Source of the DNA: Takakia lepidozioides
Taxonomy: Eukaryota > Plantae > Bryophyta
Direction: 5' to 3'
NCBI GenBank assembly: GCA_030704615.1
Contig: CM060732.1
Coordinates: 81,220,001 to 81,284,000, forward strand
Length of the DNA: 64,000 nt
Both the position numbers and the translations under genes were made by a program. The notes below the pieces were generated by a model. That model was not told the DNA's origin, did no database searches, and saw only the letters and a program-made list of their open reading frames with translations. Below, piece after piece: positions 35,740-51,465 of this stretch. Numbering within the stretch: position 1 is the first letter of the stretch; every line of letters starts with the position of its first letter.

Positions 35740-38700
35740 TCTACCTCGTTTATAAGACTCGCCTCTTCTCTACGCGTCTTTTAAGCTATCTCTTGTCTTT
35801 TTAGCGATTTATGGGCGAATATGTTCTGCGCCTGCTTGGTACCTCCTCTCTCGCCGGGCCCGCCGCATCAAGCCTCAGGATGCTCGTTCCACCCGTCAAC
35901 TCAAAGCTCACTACACCAGCAGCTTCAAAGGCCACCTGACGGTGTATACGCTTATCCAAGTTCTATTTACTTTCTCGATTCTTACTCTGGCGTTTTCAAG
36001 CTCCCCTATTTGGCGTTGGAAGGTCTACCACCCACCTCCTCTCTATGCTATGGAATGGTTACTCTACAGCTATGTCTATAGCGGCGCTCCACTCTACTTT
36101 GGGCGGACGGATTCTTCCCCACCCCCCATCCGGTGCACAAACCGAGCAGTCCCGTACGGTGCACAACTCTCAAGCAATGGTGTCTCTGACCTAGCGGATC
36201 TTATGTGCTACAGAATGCCCACGGGGAGGGCAGCTATCTATCTTGTGGCATGAAGGCAAGCCTCATCATTTGGCCCTCAAAGTCCCAGCCAATTCGCCGG
36301 ATCCAGCAACCAGCAACTCAATGTCTATTCCCCATCAGGAAGCATACTCATCCCTCACTCATAATTTATGCCTCTCCTTCCTTTATTACAATCGTTTCCA
36401 CACTTCCAGCTTTGCGTTCTCTTCAATTCATGCCCTACAGTGCCCACACATATCACCACTAAAAGACTCTACTCAGTACTCAAGCGTTTGATCCTATTTG
36501 CCTGACTCACCCTTAAAATCCGTCCAACACCTCAAATCCTTTGCTCAAAAACCCCTCCTCTATATGTCCCAGCCATCGTCCAAGACCTTCTGCCCTACCA
36601 TAACCCACCCCACTCCCACTGCAGATCCCCACACCACCTATTTCATACCCTACTGCTGCACACTGAACCTTCTCAGCCTGCCTAAGCTCTCGATATCAGC
36701 GTTGCTACCCTATTGGCACCTTGCTACACATCCAGCCTCTCTGCTCCTGCACCCAGCAGCTTACTCGCTGCCCGCCAACTCTGCAAATTGCATCCACGAC
36801 CACAATATTCTATTAAATAAGTCCCTCAATTGCCACATTTCCTCTACACTCTCCCTCCCACAGTTGCACTGCCCCGCCCTATTTAATTACATAGCCACTC
36901 TGGCACCTCCCCCATCTCCTTTATACTACACTAGCTACATCCTCTCTCGTATAGGCTCCTCCCCCCCCCCTCCTCTCCTTTGTAGCTGTGCCCATACTCA
37001 CCACCCTCCCCGTCCTCCTCCCTCAATTCGCCCCAATACACAGTTCACTGCCCTCTGTCCAGCTTCTCTGCCTCAGCTCTGAGCTTACTAGCCATCCCCC
37101 ATCCCAGCCCTGCCAGTGCTCGCCCTCTGCCGAGCCATCCATCCTCACCAGCCCTGGTGCTCACATCCCTCCCCCCCCCCCCCACATCCCCACAGAAACA
37201 AAACTCTGACATGCCTCAGCCGAGCTACCCCTGGCCTTTTTGCACCCCACAGCCCATTACCTCCCAGTCATGCCACCCCTCCTTACTCTTTACAATACCC
37301 AGCATCCTAAAACAACCTACCAATACCAACCTATCTCTCCTCCTCCTATCCTGCCAATCCCTCCCTTCCCCTAGTCGCCTGGCCCCACAACTCTGCCTCT
37401 GATCTGTGGCTTGACCCTACTAACCCCACTTGGTTCCCCAATTTATATGCCACTAGCTTTCTCTCCCAATAGGTGCCCTTTACTTTCTTCCCAATGTCAT
37501 GTTGCCTCACTTTGTATATTCCCATTATATGCCTTACATTGCCATCACTATATGCCCCTTGCTCTAACTCCCCTCTCTCTTTTACAGGCTGCGTGCCAAA
37601 TCTCCACTCCATACATTACATATGTCCCACATATGTTCCTGTTCTCCATAGTCAACACCCACCTCTTCCCTCAACTTGGAGAGCCCTTTGGCTTAAGGGA
37701 AGATCTTTCTCTTCCCCTGATTCACTTGCCTACTTTAACAATTTTCCCTCCCAGGCTTGCCCACTATCACCACCTGCTCAACCCTGTCACATCCAATCAG
37801 TACTGCCTTGTATTCATGCTCAAGAGCCCAAAGCGGCCCCAACTATCTCACCCTCTCATGCTGCCAAAGCATTATGCTATTCCACCCTACCCCATTGCCC
37901 CAAAACACTGCCATTGGCATATTCTATGGCCTCAGCTCAATCCTCGGTTCCCTCACTCTATGTACTCAGCCAGTACCCTCCCTTACCCATTCCACCCAAT
38001 TCACAACCCCCACACAGGTGAGTGCCACGGCCTATCTCTTATCATCCCTCCTGCCCATCTGCTTCCCACCCCCAGACCCCTTTTCCCTACCATGCTCTCC
38101 AGCTTCCCTTCAGCAACTATCTGTCCAACCCAACCCCCACCCAGCTATCCACAAACCAACCAACTTTAATCCTATCTGCCTAGACTCTGCTAGACCCCTT
38201 TTGAGCGGGCCCTCTCCCAAGTCTATTCCCTGCCCCCTCCCCCTTTGGGGCTACCACATTCATGATAGCTACCCCCCTAACAGTCTACCCCCCTCTTTAC
38301 AATCTCGCCACAATGCCAGTACCTTTCTTAGCATATACAATATGGTCTTACTCTACACTACATCTTGTTCTAACCCTTACTTCCTGATTGCAGGCTATCC
38401 ATACAACACTTACCACACAGCACACTCACACGTCCCCCTATGGGACTCTCCCACACAATGGTCCTATATATTCCACTAAGTCAGTTACATATACCCCGCA
38501 TATGTCCACTTAAATAATTTGCAAAAAGCTTCCACACCTCTAGCAATTACGCACATATGTTCCGCATAGGTACACTTGCCACACCAAATCTAGCACCACA
38601 ATCTCTCACCACATTACTCTTGCAGCACCCTGCCCTGTCATCCCACAGAGCCCTCTACCCATTCCGAATTCCATCTCTCTAGCAATCACATATCACATGT

Positions 38701-38810
38701 AGGCCACACTGCCTACCCACCTCACAAGCTCACTCACAGGGTCCAACACTGCCTCACCATTTCAACCCCACCCCCTGCCCCCTCCCAACATCCTTGTCAC
38801 ACCACCCTCC
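35740..38810 (+). mobile_element. Old, degenerate C-rich LINE-derived sequence (continues at 40107-40460)
   Basis: Same strong C/A strand bias as the LINE at 41240-57450. No intact domains. Confidence 0.4.
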
Positions 38811-38814
38811 TTGC

Positions 38815-40106
38815 CACTATAGGAAAAAAAGAGGTTTTGTGACGCCCCGGCCACGCCGCGGCGTCGCAAAACAGCCAAGTTTCGGGCATGCGGGAGGGGC
38901 CAATTTTGTGACGCCCAGGCATCGCAAGCCCGTCGCATGGGCGTCGCCAAAAAAACGTCGTAAATTTGCGACCGATGGGGGTCGCAAATTTGCGCCACCG
39001 CAATTTGCGATGCCGGCGCGACATGCGACACCCGGACATCGCAAAAAAATAAAAATAAATCCTACTCTGCAATGCCGAATTAGCAATGTTCGAGGGTCGC
39101 AAAGTACGACACCCGGACGTCGCAGTTTAAGGGGGTACATTTTGAATTTAGGTGGGAAATTTGAATTCGAAATTTGAATTTCAAAAACTTGTTGACCATT
39201 GAGTCCGGCGTTGACCATCGGTTATGTCCAATGACGATATGTTCATTGTTCTACATATATTAGGCAATGCATACTTGAACCGAGGACCTCCACGTTATAA
39301 TATTTCTAAGACATTACAGACTAACCAACACACTTACGATACATATATGTATCACAAAAGCAATCTAAATAAATAAATATATATATATATCAAGATTTCT
39401 TTCAAGTTCCTTCTAAGGGGGTCCCTCTTGTGACGTCGGGGAGTTGCAACCTCCACAGCCTTAGTAGCCCTAGCCCCAGCCCCAGCCCCCCAGCCCCCAC
39501 CCGTCGTCGTCCGTTGTTGTTGCAAGCCCCATCGTCAAACGCCCACCAAGCGACATCCTTGTGATGACCTAAACTGACTACAACACCGTTGTGACCCCGA
39601 CGCCGTTGCGACCCCTGGCGTCGCCCTGGCGTCGCAGGCATTACCCTAGCGCGGGGCGCCCCTAGCGACGCGCTTTTGTGACGTTGAGGGCCGCAAAGCC
39701 CAAAAAAAATAAAAAAAATAAAAAATCCCCATTGTGGCTATGCCGTTGCGACCCTGCCCCGGCGTCGCAGAGGCGCGGGGGGTGGAGGATTCGCCCTCCC
39801 TAGTGACGCTTTTGCGATGCCAGGACGTCGCAACGCTCTATTTTTTTTATATTATTTTTTTATTATTTTTTAATATATTTTCGGTATTGCGTCGCAAGAA
39901 AAAAAAATCCGTCACAGTGGGGCCCCCTTTCCCGTTCATGCCACCTTGCGACGGCTGGGTGTCGCAGCGGAGGATTGCGATGCCAGGGAGTCGCAAAAAA
40001 AACGCCGCGGGGTTTGGCGTCGTAGGCTCAGCGCCGCGCGGGGCGTGGGGGCGGGCTGTCGTCGGCACGACCCCCCCCCCCCCCCCCCCCCATTTGCTCT
40101 ATAGTG
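38815..40106. mobile_element. Non-autonomous CACTA element (1,292 bp)
   Basis: Termini CACTATAG...CTATAGTG, 3-bp TSD TGC (38812-38814, 40107-40109), and many GTCGCAAA/TTTGCGAC subterminal repeats. Confidence 0.95.
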
Positions 40107-40460
40107 TGCCCAGATTTGATCCATATGCCATGGCAAGCCCTGAAAGAGATTACCTGCCAACTCACCAGCCCACTTCCCACAATCCAATCCCGCATCCCCA
40201 ACCCAAGACCAAGTCAATCCTACTCCTACTTAACACCTTGCCACATGCAATACTCAGTATGCCAACACATATGCCCGAGCCCACACACTATACGACACAA
40301 AAGATAACCTGCCAACAATTTTCTCCCATCCCACGATGCTTGACCATCAGAATTCCCACTGTCAAAACAAATGTCACTGGGCCCTGCCCCCTCAACTCCA
40401 TTTACAGCTCATTCCCTCTGCCTGCACCCAATATTAACCACCAAACCACACGCTCCAGTT

Positions 40461-41208
40461 CCCATGGATGATAGTGGATGGAAGTGAACCTTGAAGATGA
40501 ATTGTAGATGTCAGAGAGGAGCACATGTGGGAATTTACAGCGCCAGAAAATCATAAAAGCTCTGCTCCCTAGAATTTTGCAAAGTGCCAGGGTTTTAGGA
40601 AATCCAGTGTTAGAGCACCATTGACTTGCCTATGTGACAGCCAAATGGGCAATCTTTAAGATAACATCTAGGGCTGAAAATTTATCATAATGCCAAAAAA
40701 TTTGGACAAAACACCATGAAATGTTACTGTGCACTTACTTACCAGAGGAATTGGAAAACAAATATTACCTGATGGGTGTACTTGGGAAAGAAGCCAAAAC
40801 AAGATAATACACCCCCAGATTTCACATACAAAGCAGCCTATCTGATTTTGGAAATTTTGGTCTGATTTTTTTGGGGAGGCAGTAGTTTAGGTGCCATATA
40901 ATCAGATTATGGAGGGCCTTTGTCTAGAAAGATTCAACTCAATACTTCAATTTTGTAGTCAAACAATTTTTTCCATGCAATTTTTGAATATATTTACAAA
41001 TTGGGGCATATTAGTTTTGTATAATCTCCCGAATGCAACGGTCAATTTGCCTATATTTTTGACAGGACATGGATCTAGTAGATATGCACATAAGTATAAG
41101 GTTCATCCCCATGGATGATGGGGGGGTAAGAAGTTACACCCTCGTCCATAAGGTATGTACCCTTTTTTAGTGGGCCCACCAAAAAATAGCTCGTCCTTTA
41201 GGGGTTAA
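40461..41208. mobile_element. Right portion of a piggyBac-like non-autonomous element
   Basis: Ends GCTCGTCCTTTAGGGG+TTAA. Internal blocks match 465-580 and 1-140. Confidence 0.5.
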
Positions 41209-41821
41209 TACCCAACTCTTCAAGTTGGATTAATTACCCCCCCCCCCCCCCCCCCCTGCTCTAGATCCCACTACCTCCGCACTACCAACTCAAGCGCCGA
41301 CTCCCAACCTCGAACCACCACACCCAACCTCACCCACAGTACACAGTGAAGAGCTGTTTACTGACAAAGGCATGCCACCACCTTGTCATGCGTTTACACT
41401 TCTTAATACCTCTCCTTACTCCAGCACCTCTCAGCCGCCGCACAGGCACAAAAGGCTAACGGCTCTAATTACCACACCAAGACGACCCTGCCTCCAGGCT
41501 ACCTCACACTGCAGCCATACTGCCCCCACGTATATGTTGCAGCCACACTCAAAGCCAGCCACTTCCTCCCCTCCACCACCTTGGCAATTTTGCCTCAGCC
41601 CGCCCTCTCCGCTCTCAGCACACTGCCCATCTCCCTCTTTTTCACAGCTCCCAACTGTTGGCTTTTCTCTACGTATGTCTCTTTCCAAACTTGGTAGTAC
41701 CCAGAAGAGTGTAGGCAGTATCCAAAAGCACCGTCGTCTCCTCTCTACTATAGTTACCCGAAGCAAATGAGCTAGCTCACTCCAGCTCGCGGCGCTCTGC
41801 TCCGCGTCCACAGCTAGTCAC

Positions 41822-43770
41822 ATGGATAAGGATTATGACATGGACATCCGCTGGGAAAAAGGCATGGATGTCAGCGACATGCACCCCTCCGACGAATTTT
41901 TCTTTGCAGCAGAGAATGCCTCTCAGGCCCGTTCCACACAGAGCCCTGCGTAGGCCAGCAATGAGCAGACTCTAGCAGTTCAAGCAATCACCACCCCGTC
42001 ATCTGCAACAACCCGGGAAACAGTGAGTCCTACCTCAAACTGCAAACACCTCGTCAGTGCAGCTCCCAGCCACCACCCCCCACTCCAATCGGTCAGCTAG
42101 CAAATCCAAAAGCGAGGCTGGCAGTAGCCTTGCTGACTCCAAAAAATCCAAAGGCACAGGCACACCAAGTCCCTCATCACATCATGGCTCCCTATTTCTC
42201 TCCAACATACAGCAATACTGGATGGGCTATCCCACACTCGAGCAGCATGTGAGGGACTCGGCGTTGCCCCTGGTAGCTGAGGACCGCTCCTCGTTTGAAC
42301 TCCAACGCATTGGCCTTTGCAACTCGGAAATTCATGAAATGCGCCACTGCCCCAAGGCTTACCCGCACTTCCCCCAACTACACTACCCTTCAGTGAGGCA
42401 CGATGGACGAGAACGCCAGTTTCTCTCCCTCACGCAGCTCCCCAAAGGCACCCAAATTGACCCCGTATCGGGCCTCTCAGCTTCGCCCGCGCACATTCTG
42501 ATTCGCTTTGATAGCGACACTGACATGCCCAAGGAACAAGCGCTCTACCCGGCCCGCAAACACCTTAAAGCCATGAACATCCCACTTGGCAAGGTCCTCT
42601 ACTCTCCGATCACAGCCTACACCAAGCGAGGGAGTAAAATGTGGAACGATTTTCTCAAGGTGGAGCTACTGCACCCAGCCACGGATGGCATCGTACTCCT
42701 CCAAGGCAACCACGCATTCGTCATGACCATGGCATCCGGGGAGCAGATGCAAGGTAAAATCGAAAAGGCATATGACCTCCCCGCCTCACCCGACCACCAC
42801 TCTCTCTATTTGGCCAGTGATATCCTACTTGGCAAAATAGCCAGCAAGCTAACCATGCATAATTTCATCATGGAAACGCACCAACATGGAGACGAATTCA
42901 AAATCGTACAGGTTCAGAAGACAGGCCCAACATCAAAGTTTTGTTTCATCTATCTTGCTGCAACAGACTCCAAACAATGCATGTTAGAACAAGGGGTGCG
43001 AATTGAGCATACGTTGATCAAACCACAACTACGAACATAATGCTCCAGTATAATTGGTATCACTGCAACACCACAGGAGGCCATTGCCGAGTGCAATGCC
43101 CTCACTCTGGTGGCAAAAAATCTCAACCCGCTTCATTCACAGTCGGCCACGGAAGATGCCCTCTATGGCATCTTTGGCAAAGACAACGCTGAGCACATTC
43201 ATTTCAACGCAATTGACAGGATGGAGAAAATTTGGCACACAGGGATGGCTCAAATCACCTGCAAGAACCCTAGTGTATATGCCAATGGTGCAACCGTCCA
43301 CCAGTTCTAGTTATCGACAGACTCGTCAAATTCGAGCCTCACACGAATAGCCTCAATGGGGCTACCCCACCAGTGGCCGAAATTCTGGAAAGACTGAGAG
43401 TGGCTAACATCAACCAAGCGTTGGCCGACGCTGTCAACTCCCTCACCATCAAATCAACATCGACTTCCAAGCATGGGCACGAATTCCTAATGTCGGAGAT
43501 TGACAAGAATCTGGCTACGCACGCCATCTCTATTAAAACCGAATTCAAGGGTGATCCAGGGCGAGCATGGAGAACAGGGTCGCCCTCACCATGGCAACCC
43601 AGCACAAAGCTCACCACAATTACCTTGTGTCTCTCCAAGACTCCATCACCAAAAATCTTGGAGCTGATCTAGAAAACTTCTACAACCACGCTAAGCTAGT
43701 ATTGGACAAACTGCCTCCCCCTCCAGGGGTGTCTACACAAGTCTCCCCCAACACCAAGGCGGATGTGTAG
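41822..43770 (+). pseudogene. LINE ORF1-like region with RRM-like segments
   Basis: 327-aa ORF 42057-43040, followed by KNLNPLHSQSATEDALYGIFG...GMAQITC (RRM-like), broken by stops. Lies upstream of the APE domain. Confidence 0.55.
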
Positions 43771-45101
43771 GGTAGGGGCCCCTGGCTCTGATCGAGCTCC
43801 CGCTATCCACTCCCCTGGACTTCTTATCCGGGCCAACCACCATTGCCAAAGCATCTCTCCAGCTGCTTCCTGACCCTGCGCCGCCCACGCACACCCACCA
43901 CGCTCAGTTGACAAGCACTCTCACCATGCATGCCAACACGGCTAATGCCTAAGTCTACGACAGATCGCCACGGCCTAGTTCCTGCCAGCAGAAAGCGCCA
44001 GCTCGCTCTCCCTCTCTTAGTGCTCACTTTGCTCACACAACTTCTCTCTCTCACTTTTTGCCACAGCCACTCTGTAATTCTCAATTCCAATATGCAATGT
44101 CATGATCTCTTCTCTACTTCCCTGCTCTGCCCCACACTTGTTCAAAGCACCCCCCTACTCCACCACCCTCCCCTCTTTGCCCCTGTCGTGATTCGGTGCT
44201 GCCATTGCGCGCGTGATGAACACTCTGGACCACCTGCAATCCATGACGAAAAATACCATGCCCGCGTCCCTACCAACACACCCTGCACTACCCGCACTCT
44301 TAGCTACTACTCCCCACATAACATCCGGTGCAATGCATGGCTTCCCCACTGTTCGTTCCCCAATATACACAACCACACCCTCACGCCCTGCCTCTTCCTG
44401 CCACCCTCTCACCTCCTCCGCCATCACCCCAGAGTGAGCAGCTTTCCGCTCCCTGCCCACCAAGCCGTGCCCGTCACAATAACCCATCACCCGCCCTGCT
44501 CCTGGCACGTGGCCGATGATCATACGCGCCACATACCCCCTATTCAAAAATCCCAATAATCCCGCCTGGATAGCCCGTGGCACCTTCACCGTCATTTCCC
44601 CCACTCACGAATGCCCTCATCTACATTCATCCTTACCCCCACTCATCCAGTCACGCAACTCATCCCCCCTGACCCTCACCACACTTTCATCCAGATCCCG
44701 TCACTTCATTACACCCATACCACCCTACAACCACCTACTCTACCTTCCCCCCCTAGCTACCATCCTCCGCTAACACCCCTACCCTTTCCCTCCACCCCCC
44801 CCCCCACTAGCCACCTCCCCCACCCTCCGATCCCAACCCTCAAGCCCATACCTTGGGCCCCTCTACATACCTCTTCCACCCACTCAACCCCTTCCCAACA
44901 CTCCACCCCCTTTCCAATCCACCACACCATTACATTAATTATCCAACAACTCTTCAACCCCCCGCCAGCCACTCATAAACCCCGCCATACATCCCAAACC
45001 CTACCTTCCATGTACTTCCCCGAGGTCGATATCCCCTTGATAAGTCAAAACACTTTTATCATCACCTCCCCAAACCAAACAACCTATACACGGACATTTG
45101 T

Positions 45102-45152
45102 TTGACCCTTCTACTTCTTCGCTATGGGGACATACACCCAAATCCCGGACCT
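45102..45152 (+). other. 2A-like (StopGo) motif LLLLRYGDIHPNPGP upstream of the LINE endonuclease
   Basis: Translation of ORF 45102..45569. It matches D(V/I)xxNPGP with the upstream Leu-rich helix but has His where Glu is canonical. Confidence 0.65.
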
Positions 45153-48100
45153 TCGACCCTCGAGGAAATCATCAGTGAGTCCCCCATCGATGCACAATAC
45201 AGATATGCATTATACTTTCAGCCGAACACCATGTTACTAATGCATAATTATAGACATATCACCGACCACTTTGCTCCCTTCTTCCCCCGTGACCCATCCA
45301 CCCACCACCCACCAATGGCCCATGTTACAACCTTTGGACTCCCCACTAATCCCTGTCCAGCACTATCTAAAACCCTAAAAAACCTCCAAGCATTCCCACA
45401 GTCCCACCTTCTATTTGCTCTCATAATACTCATCTCTCCCTTGCCGGATACGTGTAACAGCTTTCTTCACTCCCACTCTTCATCCCTCCTCCGTCCCTTC
45501 CTTTCAAAACTACAAGACCTGCCCCCGCACCCCCTACACACCATCCACTCCTCCCTAAATCTTCTATAGTCCCACCCGGGTATAAAGCCCTCGGAGACCA
45601 CCTGACTACCATCACCACCCCAGATCCGGACGCCACCGAAACCACTCAAAAATTCCCATTCCTCTCCAAAGACATTCTCTTAGCCACACTAAGAGCCACC
45701 ACCCCCCTTTCGATTTCTCCCCATCCCAGCCACCTACCCCACCCCCACCCCCCCCTATCACTACCCACTCCGTCTCACCATCCTCTCTGCCCACCACTAG
45801 CAATAGCTCCCTTAATATCACCTCATGGAATGTAGGCTCCCTAGCTACCAGTATACAGAGCCTCATCCACCTCCACTACAACAGATCCGGGCTTTTACGT
45901 CTGCTATTTTCCAATCGTATCAGCCTTTCATGACTGCATGACTGCCCAGTCAGATAAACCCAGTCAATTGTGACAAATGAGTCGTAAGCGCCATAGAGTC
46001 GCATCTGCGAGTCGTGGAGCTCACTGTTGACGTGGCAACGAGGACGCCTAATCATAGTCATTGATATGACCATAGTAAATGACTGCGAATCCATGTCAGC
46101 TTCACGTGGAACGGAAGGGATATGCCACGTGTCACGTAAAAGGGAAGGCGACGGGGTCTTCACGACTTGCATATACGACTTTCGCGGATTAACCCCATGA
46201 CAACACGTGGAGAATACCAGGAACTACACGTGGCATGACAAGGTGACTTCCGGGATTAACCCCAGGACAACACATGGATTAGATGGAGCAATGATGACAC
46301 GTGGCATGACAATATGGAGCGGGAGGGTCTTTCATGACTGGCATATATGACTTCAGACGTTTAATCCCAGGTCCACACGTGGAGTCAAATTATGCAGGAT
46401 GGGGGTGGGGTGTGTCGTTATGACTGGAACATATGACTTCCATGGCGCACTCTGGATACTGCACGGGCACGCGTATGGGCGAACACGAGGGTGAAAGTGG
46501 CACGTGGCGGGGCTCTGTGGAGGGAGGTAGTCGTGTACATGACCCGTAGCATTGAAACACGAAAGCACCATTGAAAGCATAAACGAAACAACCATTGAAA
46601 CATGAAAGCACATTTGAAATTGGAACATCGATTCAAATACAACGTGACTTAATATTCAGAGATCCGTTCCATAATCTAATCCGCTGCTACAAAAATGCAC
46701 AAAGCTGCAAAGTCTTAGTAGACTTCCAAATGCCTGAGCAGAAATGCATACACTGGCTGGGCTAGACTTGTTACCCACCTTCAACTGGCCATCTAGCCCG
46801 AAAATGGCAGACTATATGAGCAAGCTTTCACGCAATATAGCAACAACAAACATTGACATATGTGAAACCAAACTAACATCATCGCTAAGAATGTCTAAGC
46901 ACCATTACATAAACTTGATGTGTGCAAATGGAAAATTGCAGGTAGGGAACCCTTACCCCCCCTTCTGGCAAGTCAAGGACTGGATGTTTTGGGAGTTGTC
47001 TTGTGATAGGTAGCGCGGTGGCTGCAAGCATCGCACTCCACGACACCACATCTCATTCAGCCATAGTGTTGAACACTCCTTTACATCCACATCCTCATCT
47101 CTGTTACCTGTTTTTGGATACTTTCCTGTTGTCACCTTGGTAGTATCATGTCAAAGTCACTCCAAACTAGATTCACTCAACCAACTAACTTGCAGAATTC
47201 AACATGGAACACTGGCAGTATCAGCCAAAGTCACTCCAAACTATCAAGGTTCACTCAACCAGCTAACTTGCAGAAGTCACAATAAAAATTTTAGGGCCGT
47301 AAAACAGGGTGAAACGTGTTGAAGAGGTGCCTTGATTAGCAATGCATATCAATTGTGCCGTGCTGCTGCGGCTTCCATTGATATAGCACAGTGGCATACT
47401 GCAGATCATATCTGAATTGCCCTTCGTGGATTCCAGTGAAAGACTATTCATGGCAGACATGATCTTCCTATCGATGGAATGTGAACTGACACTTGAACAG
47501 ACTATGACTCTCACCTCATTTACAAACTATCCATTCAACTTGACCTGTGGGAAGTCAAAGGTGTTTCCCTAATCAACATAAACTTTGGTGCTGCACATAC
47601 GTTTGCAAAAAATTCTGGAAGGGATGGCTTCCCTCGGGTCGTCCAGGTATTGCCACTTTATATCATCTCTCCAGATGGTTAAGCTGTTGAACTGAGTAAT
47701 AGAAAATGGCCATCTGGGACGAAGTTATTCCCTGGTAGATATGCTATTCAGATGTTAAAACTGCTAAGTTGACTCCGGTTTCAAAGACAAACCAACAGCA
47801 AAGAAGCTAAGACTGGACAATAGATAATATCCCAAGCAATCACTGGTTAGCAACAGGCTGCCTGTGCATGCCAACTACCAATCCAAAGTGGGTAGTGAAT
47901 GAAAACCAGCAGATAAGGGTGTATGAGCCGCTTGTCATTATACAAAATCCCACACAACATGCCCACCTAAGACAGACTTACAATCCTCATGAATCATGGA
48001 AAGGAAGAGATTCTGAGACTAACAAATCTGCCATGGCCAAGACAGCCGTGCACATGAACAAAGTAGGATCCATACCGGTGCAGAGTTGTCGATGCAAGCA

Positions 48101-48656
48101 GGATCAGGCTCAAGATCATCTTTGGCAGCTATGAACAAGCAAGGCCCTTAACCCATTGGTCTCCCATGTGGCTGCCACATTATTCAATAACTCTGCAGCA
48201 TGCTTCCATGATGCCTCATCCGAGCTGCCATGCCATACCATCAGGAACATTCCCTCTCAGCCCCTTTATCCACATGTATTAGCCTCGCTCTCTTTCTGCT
48301 AGAGGAGCAGTCTGAAATCAACCTCACATGCCCTAAATAATGGACATAAATCCACATTCAATTCCATGGCAATTTGGGTCTAGTCTCATATATCCTGGTG
48401 GACTGAAACCTCGCAGCCAGCTCTAGGGTGTTATTGGGAATAAGCCCTTAAATGGTACATCAGATTGCAAAGAGCCGGTCACTTATGCTGCACTGGTTCA
48501 TCAGAGGACATTGATTCATGCAACGGCATCCATTTAGCAGGGGATTCTTTACTGGCTTAGTACAAATACAATTGACAGAAGGACACCTCTGGGTTAAGTT
48601 CAAAGGAAACAAATTATCATTTTCCACCAATTGAGAACCAATTGAGAACCAGTCAC

Positions 48657-49830
<1,174 letters not shown>

Positions 49831-49979
49831 TTACCTAATCTAGTCATTTAGGGTTACGGGTTGAGTAGAAGCCCATGTTAAGTTCAAGGTCCTCATCACC
49901 TAATCTAGTCGAATTGAGTAATACAGTGGTGTCAAATGGAGGCCCATACTTGGGCATCTATTACCAGCACAACAACAAC

Positions 49980-51465
49980 CACCTTCCAGAATTTTGCAAA
50001 CATGTCCACCAGGGTATTGTTCGGAATGACATCTGGTACAATTCCAGTTTTGACGATATCCCCATGCCCCTCTTTGCCCTTCTCTAGGGCTGCCAGGCTT
50101 GCACGACGCCACATCTTGTTCAGCCATAGTGTTGAACACTCCCTTTGCATCCTAGATGCACCCACATTTTGCAAACATGTCCACCGGGTGTTGTTCAAAA
50201 TGAAATCTGGTACAATTCCGCTCTGAAGATGTCGCCATGGACCTCTTTCCCATTTTCTAGAGCTGCCAGGGGCAGTGTTCAGAATGACGTTTGGTACAAT
50301 TCCAGCTTTGATGCTGTGAGCTGCATTGTTCCTATTTGAACTCAGTTAAGTAAGCCGCCAAAAGATCAAGTTGTTCTCCAACAGCTTTCAGGTGTGATTG
50401 GGGCAGTCCTTGAAGCACCAAAATTTTGGCATTAAACTACCGTTGCACTACCCACATGAGGAGCTGCCCTCTCCTCAACAGCTTGGCAGTCTTGCCGAGT
50501 CCAACTATCATCACATGTAGGGTTTGTAGTTCCTATTCAGGCTCAGCCACTCTGGTATCTAAAGGGCGAATTTTCTCAGTAGAATCCTTTTGCTGCACTG
50601 TCAATAGTTCAAGTGCCTCTTGTGCGTGACCTGGCTGAGCTAATCCATCCATCATCCCATTCCATGAGATCACATCACGCTTGGGCAATTTTGCAAACAC
50701 TTCCCATGCATTTTCCACACCCCCGCATTTGCAATACATGCTGATGAGGGCGTTCCCCATACTGACATTTGACTGAAATCCAGCTCTAATGATGCCCTCA
50801 TGGAGCTGCTGCCTTGCTCTATCAACAATGGGCTGGAAATGCATTCAAGATGCACAGAAAATGACCTTATCTGCCTTCACACCTTCTCTTTGCATCAGAT
50901 TCATTCGATTCACAGTAAACTTATGCACCCGATTGTCAACCTCAATGCAGCTGTGCCCTGCCTCTTTTCTGACACCTTTGTCCTTCATCATTGCTCTCGC
51001 CTCTGTGGGATCACCCCACCTGCCAGCTGCAGCCCCACACTTGGCATACATATCAACGAGAGTATTCTCCAGATTCAAATATGACTATGTTCCAACATCG
51101 ATCGCAGCATGTACCTCTTTGCCTTTTTCCAGGGCTGCCAGGCTCGCACATGCATTGAGAACGTAAGTGAACATTACTTTGTTGGGCAATAGCCCTTGCT
51201 CAATCATTTGCTCATAGGTCGCAAGCGCATTTGGCTTTAAGCCTTTTTGTAGCATCAGTTCAAATAGTTGCAGGGCCTCCCCAAGACACCCCGAGCATAT
51301 CCTGCGATCATAGCACTCCAGGAGATCACATTTCGTTCAGCCGTATTGTCAGAAACCTGACGTGCATCCTTCATGCTCCCACATTTGGTGTACATATATG
51401 CAAGGGCAGTCCCCATGACGACATCTGGGGCAATTCCAACTTTGATAATGTCAGCATGGACGTCC
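49980..51465 (-). pseudogene. Mosaic of captured PLS-PPR/E-domain fragments
   Basis: NALISMYCKCGGVENAWEVF..RDVISWN, NTLVDMYAKCG, GVRKEAGHSCIEVDNRVHKF and NVISWSAMIAGYA, in scrambled order. Confidence 0.88.

Noticed and set aside
36498-38479. Long Pro/Leu/His-rich ORFs
   Set aside because: Artefacts of C-rich, stop-poor degenerate LINE-like DNA, with no domain motifs.
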